From Octopus bimaculoides (lineage: Eukaryota): DNA of 64,000 nt. The number at the start of each line of letters is the position of its first letter. Position 1 is the first letter of the stretch. The stretch covers positions 10,370,825-10,434,824 of the forward strand of contig NC_069000.1 in NCBI RefSeq assembly GCF_001194135.2, written 5' to 3'. Below are positions 13,690 through 26,030 of the stretch, one piece after another. The notes beneath the pieces are model-generated. The model ran no database searches and was not told the DNA's origin. It was given only the letters and a program-made list of their open reading frames with translations. The position numbers and the translations under genes are program-made.

Positions 13690-13935
13690 TTATCTCTACC
13701 TTCGAAACGCAGAGTAGATAAAACAGGGGGTAACTGATGAAAGGAATGTTCTTTATGTTACCTGTCTCATTTCTCTATTTGTTTCTTTCATTGTTCGAAA
13801 AAAGTTCGTTTTCTATGCTTTTGTTTTTAATGTTCTCATTTCTCGTTTTGTTCACTTTTTTGGGGCATCCTGTACCCATATATGCATGTATATATACATA
13901 TATATGTAGGTATGTACATATATGTGTGAGTGAAT
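13690..13935. repeat. Unclassified interspersed repeat, see 8890-9070
   Basis: Shares motifs and (TA)n-adjacent position with the 8890 copy. Confidence 0.7.
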
Positions 13936-14922
13936 GAATGAGAGTGTGTGTGTGTGTGTGCATGTGTGTTACTGTCATGTAATCATGGAAGCATTCTTCT
14001 GTGTAAACATGTCTGATAATGGACAAGAAATATTACCTTACTTGCAAACAGGTGAGGCTTGGTGACAGGAAGGGCATCGACAAATTGCATCCAACCCATG
14101 TGTACAAAGTAAAGTGGACGTTAAAAACGAAGAAGATGAATATAAATATTTTGATTCGAAAATATGTAGCATTAGACGTAAAATCATCCAACTTTCAGAT
14201 AATTCGTATAGTGTAGTTGCGTAGGGGTTGCAGGAACACTTGTCATAAGTCCCATAATCCTAGATACAAAATCTATGGGTTAACAGCCACATGTGTATGT
14301 ATGTGAGTATATATATATAAATAAATGTGTGTGTGTGCGTGAACGTGATCCAATGATGGTGATGATCATAGTGATGATAAACATTAAAAACCAAAAACTT
14401 TCCACAAAAAATTTTCTGAAAAGAATAAAATGAAAAGCTTCAAGAGGATCTATGTCCAGTACTAACAAAATTTGAAACCTCTTAACTACTATTTGAAAAA
14501 AAAAAATGATATTCCTGCTCCAATTCAACGCCAACTACTTATCTTCCATTTCAAGAGTACTTTACAAAATATAATGACGTCATTAAAATGAATAAAATGG
14601 GAAGCCATAATCGGATATTCTAAGTAAAAACAAAATTTGTAAAAAAAAAAAAAAAAAAAAAAAATTTTATAAAAAGAAAACAAAAATATATTGTACAAAT
14701 TCAAATGATGATGATGATGATGATGATGGTGATAGTGATGTTTCAAGAATCTGGTTATGTGGAGTGCGGAAAATAACTAAAATGAAATAACTCCGATCCA
14801 TACAATCAATCTATCATCATTTTCAGAACTGCTTCATTCATTCAATATTATTGAAGTGAGCAATCATAAATAACTATAAACAGTCTCTTCCTGAACTCCA
14901 CACCCCCATCTTTTATATATTT

Positions 14923-14971
<49 letters not shown>

Positions 14972-15542
14972 CACACACACACAAAGCTCCTACCTTTTCT
15001 CATTCAGTCTGAAATTACCAGAAACGAAGGAGAAAGAATTTGCAATGTCTCAATTCAACAGTTTATCAAAGATGGTTGGTTAACAGCTTGTATCAAAAAT
15101 AAACATGCCTTCTTGACTCCGTCAGTAATTTTCAACTTGAGTTTAAGCGAATTCACAACTGATATAACAATGTTAATAAAGGTGATTTAGCTTTTATGAG
15201 GGGAAGGGAAACGCCGAAAGACACAGGTGAAAAGCTTTCTCTCCTCCACTCTGACACCGACCGCCGCCTGCTGCCTTTCCCCGAGAGCTACTGAGTTTAA
15301 ACAAACATATGATTAATGTCTATGCACACCGTTTTAATTTGCTATCTCTTTAGAACCAAAATCTTAACTGGACCATAAACACAGAAAGACAAATAGGAGA
15401 ACTTGCTTTTAACAAGAGAAACTACTTCTCAGGAACAGGCACCACACAAGCGTGTACACACTCACACACGTTCAAAGTGATCAATTCTATCATAAATAAA
15501 CTAATCAGTTTCAATTCTATAGTTCAACATATGAGTGTATAT

Positions 15543-15581
<39 letters not shown>

Positions 15582-15589
15582 CATATACA

Positions 15590-15642
<53 letters not shown>

Positions 15643-15737
15643 CATCAATCAGTGTCAGAAGTGGTCACTTCTAGATATTAGCAATATACAGACCCCACCT
15701 CCACACACACACACACAAGAAGAAAAAAGCATACATA

Positions 15738-15965
15738 GGTGCAGGTGTGGCTGTGCGGTAAGAAGTTTGCTTCCCATTGCTTCCCAACCACATGATTTTG
15801 GGTTCAGTTCCACTGCGTGGCAGTTCGGGCAAATGTCTTCTATTATATAGCCTAGGGTCAACCAAAGCCTTGTGAGTGGCTTTGGTTGACGGAAACTGAA
15901 AGAAGCCCATCGTATATATGTATATGTATGTGTGTTTGTGTCTGTGTTTGTCCCCCAACACCACT
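15738..15965 (+). mobile_element. SINE family A
   Basis: ggtgcaggtgtggctgtgcggtaagaagtttgctt...gggttcagttcc...gggcaaatgtcttc...ggaaactgaaagaagccc. Confidence 0.85.
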
Positions 15966-17546
15966 TACAGAATTGTAAGTGCTTAACAAAACCATCATAA
16001 TAAATATATGTGTGTGTCTATATATATATATGTATATATTATTATAAAATATGGTAATTAATCATATATTAATTAATATCGATTAATTATCAGGAGGCCA
16101 GCACATCTAAAGAATCAAAGAGATTCAAAAATAATATCGGCAATCTCAGGGGATTAAGGTACATTTTTAAAAATAACGTTGACCACTAACGTGGACAATT
16201 AATGTGCTAGAAATAGATGTATATATATATGTATATATATACATGAATATATAATTATATGTGTATGTGCACGTCCATGCATATGTGTCTTTGTTCGTCT
16301 CTCTCTCTCCACTGCTTGACAGCCACTGTTGGTTTGTTTACATCCCCATGTCCAAGCAGTTCGGCAAACGAGGCCAATGGAATAATTAGCAGATTTAAAA
16401 GATAAGTACTGGGGTTGATCTCTTTGATTAAATAAAAACAAAAAGAAAATCCTCAAGGCGATGCCCCCACATGGCCACAGCCCAGTGACTGAAACAAGTA
16501 AGTACAAGATCAAACAAACACTTCAATTCATCCACACTGCCACCACCACCCCTCCCTGTTTATTCCACATGTGCTACTTTGTAAAATATATATCCCAGTT
16601 TCAATCCATCTTAGTAGATGACTATTATTATGATAACGAAGGTATCTGCTCTCACTGAATCTAAACCTAACAATATCCAAAGTAGGAATAGGTTTAAATA
16701 TATCTTCCAAGTCACTTAAGTACCTATTATACTGTATATGAATTTAAAATCAAAAGTAGACATTGCTTTGCTTTTAAACATAAGTAATGAGAGAGATGGA
16801 AGCAAATTGTACATTAGAAATAGACATTAATAGCTGGGGAAGCAGGGAAAATTAAACGAATGAGCTCAACCAACAGAAAGTATGGGGAAATTACTTGAAG
16901 CAAAACAGAATGCAACATATTTAGAAGGTTGGATTTAGAGAACCTTCCCAAATGATTGGTTCTTCTAGACTGCAAGAATGCGGGAATAAAAACTGACAAT
17001 TTTACTAATTAACTCGCTAATTAGAGATCTATATTTCTGAAACTGAGTTAACCATTTTGATACCATCCTGCCTGAGACCATTTTTGGTTCCATAATATGA
17101 AACCTCTCCTTTTAAATTGTTCATATTTTAAATCAAAACTTTCCATTAAAATTCTATATCTTTGTTAGATTATATTTTTATGAACAATAGGTTCATAATG
17201 ACATTTGTTTTACTGAATGCCACCAAGTCCTTGAAAAACTTTCAGAATTAACCCTTTTGTTATTATATTCCTTTTGAATTACACACTCACATTGTTTCAA
17301 TTAATTCTGAAAATAATGAAAAATTTATTGAAATAACTTTGTTGTTATACTTGTGCTTAGAATGCAAATTAACATGGAATTTTGATGGAAGGCTTCATTG
17401 TCGACCACTTTAAACAGGGAATTTGTATCATAGAACTAGCAATCTCAGGTGGGTTGGTATCAAGAGGGTTAATGGAAACAGATATGCAGTTAATTTCATT
17501 AGAAATATCTTCACGAAGGGCTTTAAAAGCAAATGAAATCTGTACA

Positions 17547-17692
17547 CTACAATCCATTTTCCATCCTTTTATTTCTAACTGTTTGGCACGAGATATCAGT
17601 ACGGCTACTTTCTTCGAATCTGTTGGGGTCACAATACTCAACTCCATTAATCAGCTGTGACTGAATTGTGACCACTGTCTTATAAAAGAAAC
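17547..17692 (-). CDS. Candidate terminal exon, unverified; in phase 1 it reads xFFYKTVVTIQSQLINGVEYCDPNRFEESSRTDISCQTVRNKRMENGL*
   Basis: Pyrimidine-rich tract ending ctttggatctccag before 17692, in repeat-free sequence. No homology recognised, and an overlapping 92-aa frame (17369-17647) competes with it. Confidence 0.25.
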
Positions 17693-18419
17693 CTGGAGAT
17701 CCAAAGGGTACAGGACAGGACCCAAACAAAAAACAAGCAACTGACTTGCAAATTCAATTATAAACATTAAATTTAAAACATTAAATTTAAACCAACCATA
17801 TCCAGCCGAAATACTTTACCTGTTTTACGTTCAAACCAGCCAGGTCCCACCCATCATACCTACCCTTCAATGTCACATCTACCCTACATTCTAAAACTAA
17901 ACCATTATATCATTGAAGTTTCAAAGCTATGAGATAATTCATGATTAATTCAAAACAATGTGAATAAATAACCATTATATTTGACCAGAGTAATTTGAAT
18001 ACTAAAGGGTTAAAGGCTACGGAACAGCCCTAAAAGAAGAGGATTCCTGAAGGAGTTGCACCCTCAGTAGACTATCAACAAATTGACAAAATGAAAATAG
18101 CTTTTATTTCTCCCGACATATTACTTCTTTTGGCAGAGTTCAAACTTGAAGCATTTCCTTTGACCAAATAATAATTAGAGGAGACTGTGGCAGCCATATG
18201 CAACTTGGTAATATATATATAATCATGATCATCGTCCAACATCCACTTTTCCATGCTTGCATGGGTCAGAGAGAATTTGCTGTGGTAGATTTTCTACAGC
18301 TGGATGCCCTTCCTGTCACAGACCCTCACCTGTTTTCCAAGGAAGACTGGAAACAAGACACGTCACTTGGATGACAGTAATGCTTATTTACAATCAACAT
18401 GTGATTTGAAGACAAGGGT

Positions 18420-18612
18420 CTTCACATACAAACACAAACATACACACATATATGAGACAAGTTTCTTTCAATTTCCGGCTACCAAATCCACTCACAAGGC
18501 TTGGTCAGTCTAAGGCTGTAGTAAAAGAAGACACTTGTCCAAGGTGCCATGCAATGGGACTGAACCTGAGACCACATGGTTGAGAAGCAGGTTTTTTAAC
18601 CAAGCCATGCCC
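18420..18612 (-). mobile_element. SINE family A
   Basis: ttctttcaatttccggctaccaaatccactcacaaggc...gacacttgtccaaggtgccatgcaatgggactgaacc. Confidence 0.8.
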
Positions 18613-19575
18613 GTACCTCAAAAGTATAAACAGAACTCTGACAACCAAATATTCTGTCACCAACTTCAATACTAAAGAGTTCCAGATAAGGTGTTGTGTC
18701 AACACCTCTTTAGGAGTTCAGACTCTGCAGCACGAATGCTTGCTATTGTCTTTTATTCTTCCAGAGCCCAGTAGGTGTATTAGAATCTCTTCATGTTGAG
18801 AAATAAATCCTTGTTTTAAGCATAAATACCTGTACCCAAATTAAACAATTACTAGTTTTTGCAACTCCCTGCCGTGTGTGATCTATGTTACCAGGTAAGA
18901 AATACTGTATTGGATGGCATTTAGATAAGACATACTCCAACCCCTCCCCCACAAAAAAAAAAGAAAAGTAAAAGAAAACACCCTTGATTCTCTGTGCGAA
19001 GTCAGGCCACCCATAAGCTAATTTTGTTCCTAATACTCACTACTACAAGTTAATCTTAATTCAGGTGGTCTCCAGTGTTTTGGTTCACATTCTACTGTAG
19101 TGGAAGTTTGTCTTTTATACAATATTCTGCTCTGAGATTTTCCTTTCTCTTTTTGCCTGCTTTATGACTCTAATCAAGTGGGATATTTTCACTGCCATGA
19201 TATCTAGTTTTATTTTCAGTTGTAACTGCAAACTTACTTTTGTAATGTTTTCTCTAATGGTTACTGCTAGATTACTTTAAATATTACATGCTTTAATGCG
19301 CTAAAATCTTTCTTTCCTTATTATGTATTGCTGAAATTAGGGCATATCTAATATACCCATAATGTCTTTTTATACTATCAAATACGATTTGCTTTTTTTT
19401 TTTATTTTATTCTTTTTTGATTTAAAAAAAAAATTGTTTATTTAAATACAGTTCTTTGAACCTGAAGAATATAAAACTAGTAGTATAGCTTTTTAATGCC
19501 ACTGAAATTAAATAAGCCAGCACTAACTTAAATATATAATACAGATTGATATTAATGTCAGAAAGGACATGGTTG

Positions 19576-19728
19576 TTAACTAAGTCTCTTTTCCTGTTGC
19601 ACACATACACATGGTGGATACAAAGGAATGTAAAACTTCCTTCTTAGAGGATCATCAGCTACTACTCGTGCACAACTGGGGGTACTCTGACCTGCTGGAT
19701 AGCTCTGTGGTAACAGTTCTCCATTAAA
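19576..19728 (-). CDS. Candidate exon, unverified: FNGELLPQSYPAGQSTPSCARVVADDPLRRKFYIPLYPPC, possible GTATGT donor after codon 40
   Basis: Acceptor ctgtctgctgcactcttctttcag and a phase-0 open frame compatible with the phase-0 donor at 55996. No recognisable domain. Confidence 0.25.
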   Translation of the reverse strand, partial: FNGELLPQSYPAGQSTPSCARVVADDPLRRKFYIPLYPPCVCVQQEKRLS

Positions 19729-20333
19729 CTGAAAGAAGAGTGCAGCAGACAGTGGAAAACTACTGTATTTCACTCCCACTCATAAAGCAAGATCAGCTTG
19801 GACCTTAGTCTGAAGATAGAGCATTTATCATTATCATTTTTTCAGGGATATTTAAAGGCCTAGAAAAATAGGATTCAGGAATAGTTTCTTCACCAGGGCT
19901 GTCACGTATAACAGAACATGCTAGACTTACTGATGGGTCTACTGTACATTCACATACAAGAAGATAATATAGACACTGTAGAATGATCAGCCACTTGCAT
20001 GTTAATTTCATGAGCTGGCTGTTCCACCAATTGAATCGACTGGAACCCTCATCATTATAACTAACGAAGTGCCAATTAATCAAAGACAGTGTGTTTCAAC
20101 AGAAATACAGTAACAAGTATTTATGTCATTGTGCAAATTCAGTTTTTACTTTCAGACCTACAACATACAACTGAAACACTATTTCCCATTGGGGCTGAGA
20201 CCATAAATGTATGAATGCAGGTATCTGACAGGTATTACAGGTGTGTCACAACCCAGACAATCAGGTCTTGAAACAATTTCTTCATACAAATGAATCATGC
20301 CCTTTGCCACTGTCAATACTGTATGCAATCTAA

Positions 20334-20550
20334 GGCAGCAGGCTGGCAGAAACGTTAGCACGCCGGGCGAAATGCTTAGCGGTATTTCGTCTGTCTTTAT
20401 GTTCTGAGTTCAAATTCCACCGAGGTCAACTTTGCCTTTCATCCTTTTGGAGTCGATAAATTAAGTACCAGTTGCATATTGGAGTTGACCTAATCAACTG
20501 ACCTCCACCACCCAAAAAAAATTTCGGGCATTGTGCTTAGAGTAGAAAAG
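20334..20550 (+). mobile_element. SINE family B, well preserved
   Basis: gctggcagaaacgttagcacgccgggcgaaatgcttagcggtatttcgtctg...gagttcaaattccaccgaggtcaactttgcctttcatcc. It is the reverse complement of the copies at 30003 and 32390. Confidence 0.9.
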
Positions 20551-21233
20551 AACACTGTGTGTATCTTATAAAAACAGTAGTGTAAACATACTTGAGTTAC
20601 ATTTTACAATCACAAGCTAAGTACACATTACAATACTGTTATTATACATACCCTAGAGGTCTGCTTTATCATATGTACAAATACTGAATTATCTATAGTA
20701 GTATTATATGCTCTTAACATGTCTTACAGGTTGTCAACTTGCACTACTATTGTACTTACTGTTCTACTAACTTTTATACGGTGAAATTTAATTGATACGG
20801 AAAATTAAAAAACTAGCTGCAACTATAGCCTCAATGTACTTTTACAGGTAGAATGACAAGGAACTGTACTGATATATATATATAGATACATATGTAAGTA
20901 CATATAAACAAGAGTGTGCACTCATAGAAGTGAGATTCAGAGTGACTTTGCAAGTGGGGGGGGGGGAAACAAACTACATCTAATAAGAAGAGTGAGCAAA
21001 TTAACAGGGCATTGCAGAGAAGAGAACAAGGAGAAAACTGACCAAACCCTGATTGATTAGCCAATGAGCAAAGGCATTCCTGCCATAACTACACCTACTA
21101 TAAAGATTATGTGATCAATCAAATATGCCCTTCCCATTTTCTTTGAAGAAGACCAGGTACAATTTGAAGAAGATTTAACTGTCATTTCTAACAGATCAAA
21201 TAACAACAAAAGTATTTCTTGTTGCATGATACA

Positions 21234-21266
<33 letters not shown>

Positions 21267-22181
21267 CCTCTCTCTCTCTCTCCCTCTCTCTCTCTCCCTN
21301 NNNNNNNNNNNNNNNNNNNNNNNNNNNNNNNNNNNNNNNNNNNNNNNNNNNNNNNNNNNNNNNNNNNNNNNNNNNNNNNNNNNNNNNNNNNNNNNNNNNN
21401 NNNNNNNNNNNNNNNNNNNNNNNNNNNNNNNNNNNNNNNNNNNNNNNNNNNNNNNNNNNNNNNNNNNNNNNNNNNNNNNNNNNNNNNNNNNNNNNNNNNN
21501 NNNNNNNNNNNNNNNNNNNNNNNNNNNNNNNNNNNNNNNNNNNNNNNNNNNNNNNNNNNNNNNNNNNNNNNNNNNNNNNNNNNNNNNNNNNNNNNNNNNN
21601 NNNNNNNNNNNNNNNNNNNNNNNNNNNNNNNNNNNNNNNNNNNNNNNNNNNNNNNNNNNNNNNNNNNNNNNNNNNNNNNNNNNNNNNNNNNNNNNNNNNN
21701 NNNNNNNNNNNNNNNNNNNNNNNNNNNNNNNNNNNNNNNNNNNNNNNNNNNNNNNNNNNNNNNNNNNNNNNNNNNNNNNNNNNNNNNNNNNNNNNNNNNN
21801 NNNNNNNNNNNNNNNNNNNNNNNNNNNNNNNNNNNNNNNNNNNNNNNNNNNNNNNNNNNNNNNNNNNNNNNNNNNNNNNNNNNNNNNNNNNNNNNNNNNN
21901 NNNNNNNNNNNNNNNTATATATATATATATGCATATGTATGTGTGTGTGAGTGTGTGTGTGGTTTTGTTAAGCAGTGTCGATTTTTACACACACACACAC
22001 ACACATATATTCCTAAGGTATTTTTTGATGATATTATTATCATTATTATCATTATTACTATTATTTATTCATATGAACAACAACAACAACATGAATAAAC
22101 AATAAGAATAATGATAATTATAACATCAGCAAAAAATACCCCGGGGAATGAGAACCCAGAGTTGGGTTCAAAATTCTACCA

Positions 22182-22261
22182 GGACACCTGATGAAGGCTG
22201 GAGAGTAAATCGGCCGAAATGTGGTGATAACAACAAACAAGATGAGGACACATAAGTGTCC
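22182..22261 (+). ncRNA. Hammerhead-ribozyme-like motif, type I, probably from a Penelope-like terminal repeat
   Basis: CTGATGA 22188-22194, stem II GGCTGG/TCGGCC closing an 8-nt loop, GAAA 22216-22219. Possible stem III ATGTG/CACAT and stem I GGACAC/GTGTCC. Confidence 0.5.
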
Positions 22262-23751
22262 AATGTAGATAATGTAAATAACGTACAAGAATTCTTCAAC
22301 TCTAAAATATAGAACAAAAAAAAAAGAATATCATGATAAACAGCTTGTGAACCGCTATCACACCTATGACAACAACAACAACAACAACAACGGTGATGAT
22401 GATGATAATAATAATAAGTTACAGGTAGTAATCTGATACCCACATAAAACCTACCAGAAATAAGACTAAACCTGAGCCAAAGCAAAATGATTATAATAAA
22501 AGACTTCAAAATGTGATTAAACAAACAAAACTGAATATATATTACCGATGAGTGTAGTATTTGCTTATAGCAGTGTGATCCAGTGGTAAATAGTCATGAC
22601 AAAGTAGTACCCGGAATTAAAATAATCTGGCCTGATACTGTGTGTTTGTACTTGAAAAAAAAAAAATGAGTAGGTGTTGCATCACAGCAAATAGACATTT
22701 GATAATGTGTTAATAAAAGAAAAGGATGTGATAAATGAAGTCTGAAGAGCATTTATCTACATTATTGTTCATAATGTTCTTCCATAGTTAGAGTGAGCCA
22801 ACAAGGACACTTCTACATTACTTCTCAGTTTGCTAGAAATAAGTATCTTGAGAGAAAAAGAATGCATCATCTTAAAAATACAATACTAATAAAGTATTAA
22901 TCTAATCCTTTGGTATTTAAATCTGCCATATCCAACCCAAATACTCCGCCTTTTTTTATGGTTAGATCCGGTCTCTCACACCTAACTTTTAATATCATTC
23001 TACAAGTAAACTATCACACCATTGAAATCTTAGAGCTACGAGATAAAGCATTATTAATTCAAAACAATGAATGACTAAGCGTTACATCTGACACGGCAAT
23101 CAGAATGCTAAAGGCTTAAGAATAAAATACTGTCTTTAGACAATGATATCTGCAATAAACTCTCGCTGGAGATAGGATGGTCACAACTGGAATGCTTGTT
23201 GATTATAAGACCACTCGATAAAGACTGACCGAGGGTTAAACAACAATAACACCAGCAGTGTACTGATGAGCAAATTTATAAAAACCACCCCAGCTTTACT
23301 AACTACTTATGAAGTAAACTTATTTTCTTGACGGAAACACATGCTCAGATCATAAATTAAGCCTGAAGGCCAGAGTAATTTGCTTTATCGCGATTATCCA
23401 ACATTGGATCTTTTACATTTCATTGTTATATTGCAGGAAATTACATCAATAATTAATTCTCATCAGAAAAACATTCAACTACCCTTAAGCATCAAAAGAT
23501 AAAAACAGTCCTTTATAGTAATGTGTGTGTTATAAGTCTTTATTAATGATGCACCTTCAAGTGAATTCAGCTATAACTAATAACAGATAAAATCCGCCTT
23601 TCTGCCATCCAGGGGGTTTCTTTAATCAATGTATTATAAGCTATTATTTATAACTGAATTCCCTTCGAGATACATCATTAATAAAGACTTTTTTCCCATG
23701 TTTCTCCATGCTTCTTTCTACATTTATCTTACACATGTACATTACATATAA

Positions 23752-23754
<3 letters not shown>

Positions 23755-23817
<63 letters not shown>
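23755..23817. repeat. (TA)n microsatellite
   Basis: Direct reading. Confidence 0.95.
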
Positions 23818-23819
<2 letters not shown>

Positions 23820-24450
23820 ATAGTACACACACACACATATATATAGTAACAAACTAAGGAAAGGAACTCCTTCAAAGGGATGTGTAAAACATCCAATTCA
23901 CTAGTTCGTCAGTTGAATACCACATAGATATGGGTATAAAGCAAGTTACAAGCAATATATTAATTAGAGAGATTCAATTGACAATCCAATAATTTATTTA
24001 TATTATAATATAACATAATATACTATGAATATAATATGATATAAGATAACATAAAAAAATCATTACAAAACCAAAGGAACCAACAATTTGTTTTGACTTA
24101 TAGAACTTATTTGATTTACAAACAATTCAGTCCACTTATATAAGTCTCATCAGAGCTTTGGCTTAAAGACAAACAAAATCCTGTGTGAAAGGACGGCTGG
24201 ATTGTAAAAACATTAATACAAATGCCTATGTATTATGAGTGTGAGCGTTAACTTTTCAACTACATAACAATTACTATTAAAAATTTTTTAAAATTATAAC
24301 AGACAAAATAATTAAATAAATAGAATCTACAACTATCGAAATATATTTCTATATATCTCAAATAACATTAATCCAAACTTGTTTAGGTCGAAAACAATTT
24401 TTGACTATTATATTAACATGCAACAACAATATATAGGTATATAAAATAAG

Positions 24451-24628
24451 AGTAAATTTTCAGATTAACACCCGCACGATTGTCACTAGGGTGTTAGGGT
24501 TAGGGTTAGGGATGGAATTCCCTAACCCTAACACCCTAACCATAATCCTAAAACCGTAACCTTGACCCTAAAACTCTAGCCCTAACACCCTAGTGTAAAT
24601 CGGGCGGGTGTTAATCTGAAAATTTACC
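24451..24628. mobile_element. MITE with 48-bp terminal inverted repeats and internal TTAGGG/CCCTAA repeats, Merlin-like
   Basis: 24452-24499 matches the reverse complement of 24580-24627 at 45/48 positions. Flanks aaaataag and aaattaag are a 7/8 match to an 8-bp TSD. The right terminus reads GGTAAA inward. Confidence 0.7.
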
Positions 24629-25869
24629 AAATTAAGTATCAGGGTCTTAATCTAGAAACTGTAATAAAATGTGTAAATAAATATAAATAATAATATACTA
24701 TTAGATTGGTAATATATAACAGCTTTTCTCTTTATTTAAAGTTACTGATATAAAAAAAATTGTTTAAAGTAACTAACAGAAAAATGTTCTTTATTTATTT
24801 AGCTTATCAGAGAGAGAATTCCGTAATGAATATGAAGATAAACTTAGAGCTATAATAACTACAACCCATGTTACCCCAGAGATATAGAGTTAGGCTATAA
24901 TAAGAGATATCAAAATATTATTAGTTTTTCAGAAGAAACCAGATATGATGTTACTTAAATAAAGATTATTCACAGAAACTAACAAGTAAATGTCCCTATA
25001 TTCGTATATTATGGAAGAGAGAACTCAGTAAATAAAATAAAGTAAGATAAACAAAAACAAGCATTGAGTACTGATTCGATCCTCAATAAATTCAATTAAT
25101 ATTATTTTTTTAAATAAAGGACTATAAATACAATATGTCCAAATGTTATTAATTCTTTCAGAAGTAACAAAATAATATTGTTGTAATAAGAATACAAGTT
25201 ATAAACTACACAATACTATAATAATTATTAATTATTATTGTGGTTATTAAATTTAGTTAGTAAGTCAAATAAAACTATTCATTTATTATTATTAGTTAAT
25301 TGATAAATTAAATGAATATATTTATACATATAATTATTTAGTATAATGAAGACATCTTATTTGTAATATGTATTAATATTAAATTACTAATATAATGATA
25401 TATTTTACAGTAACTACAAGAATTTGCACCAGAAAGATGTAAACTATTTGGAATTAATCCATTAAAAAATTAATTTTCCAAATTCTACATTATTATATAG
25501 ATTAAGATGACAAAACTTAAAGATATATATACACACACACATATATACATACATACTGAATGTGTTAAACTAATTAAAGATTTCTGATTCTTTTCGTTGA
25601 TTGAAGAACCTGGGAACATATTTTCTTCAATTATAAATTTTTAGATGCATTTTTAAGGGTGGGACAGAATTGTTTAGTCAAGGCTCACGTTTAGCTCTGG
25701 CATTAACATATATGCATCAATATGTATGTGTTTTGGCCAAGGTTTTTTTTTTTTTTTTTTAGTCTATATGTCTAGGACAGTTTCTTAATTTTTGTGGGTA
25801 TCATTAATTTTTTAACATATTGGAGAGAGAGGCTTGGTGACAGTCTTATTTGGTTTGTAGTTTAGATTA

Positions 25870-26030
25870 TTTTTTAAAGATAAATTGTTTTCGTGTCTGT
25901 AGCATGATATGACTTCGTTTCTCTTGTTTAGTACACGTTCGCTATGTGTGGTTATGTGGTATTTTTCAGTGGTACATAGAGCACAGGATCCATTTATGCA
26001 TGCGGTTATGTTGTCTTCTTTTCACTTCAA
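25870..26030 (-). pseudogene. Penelope-like element, C-terminal fragment (Neptune-type)
   Basis: The minus strand translates NITACINGSCALCTTEKYHITTHSERVLNKRNEVISCYRHENNL, matching the CxLCxxEK...LNKRxE...CRHxN ending of Neptune-type PLE proteins. Confidence 0.75.

Noticed and set aside
21057-22098. Long ORFs of 240-330 aa here and across the other N-runs
   Set aside because: They are open only because they cross assembly gaps.
24488-24590. Interpretation as a chromosome end-to-end telomere fusion site
   Set aside because: The repeats are few, degenerate and enclosed by TIRs and a TSD, which favours a transposon.
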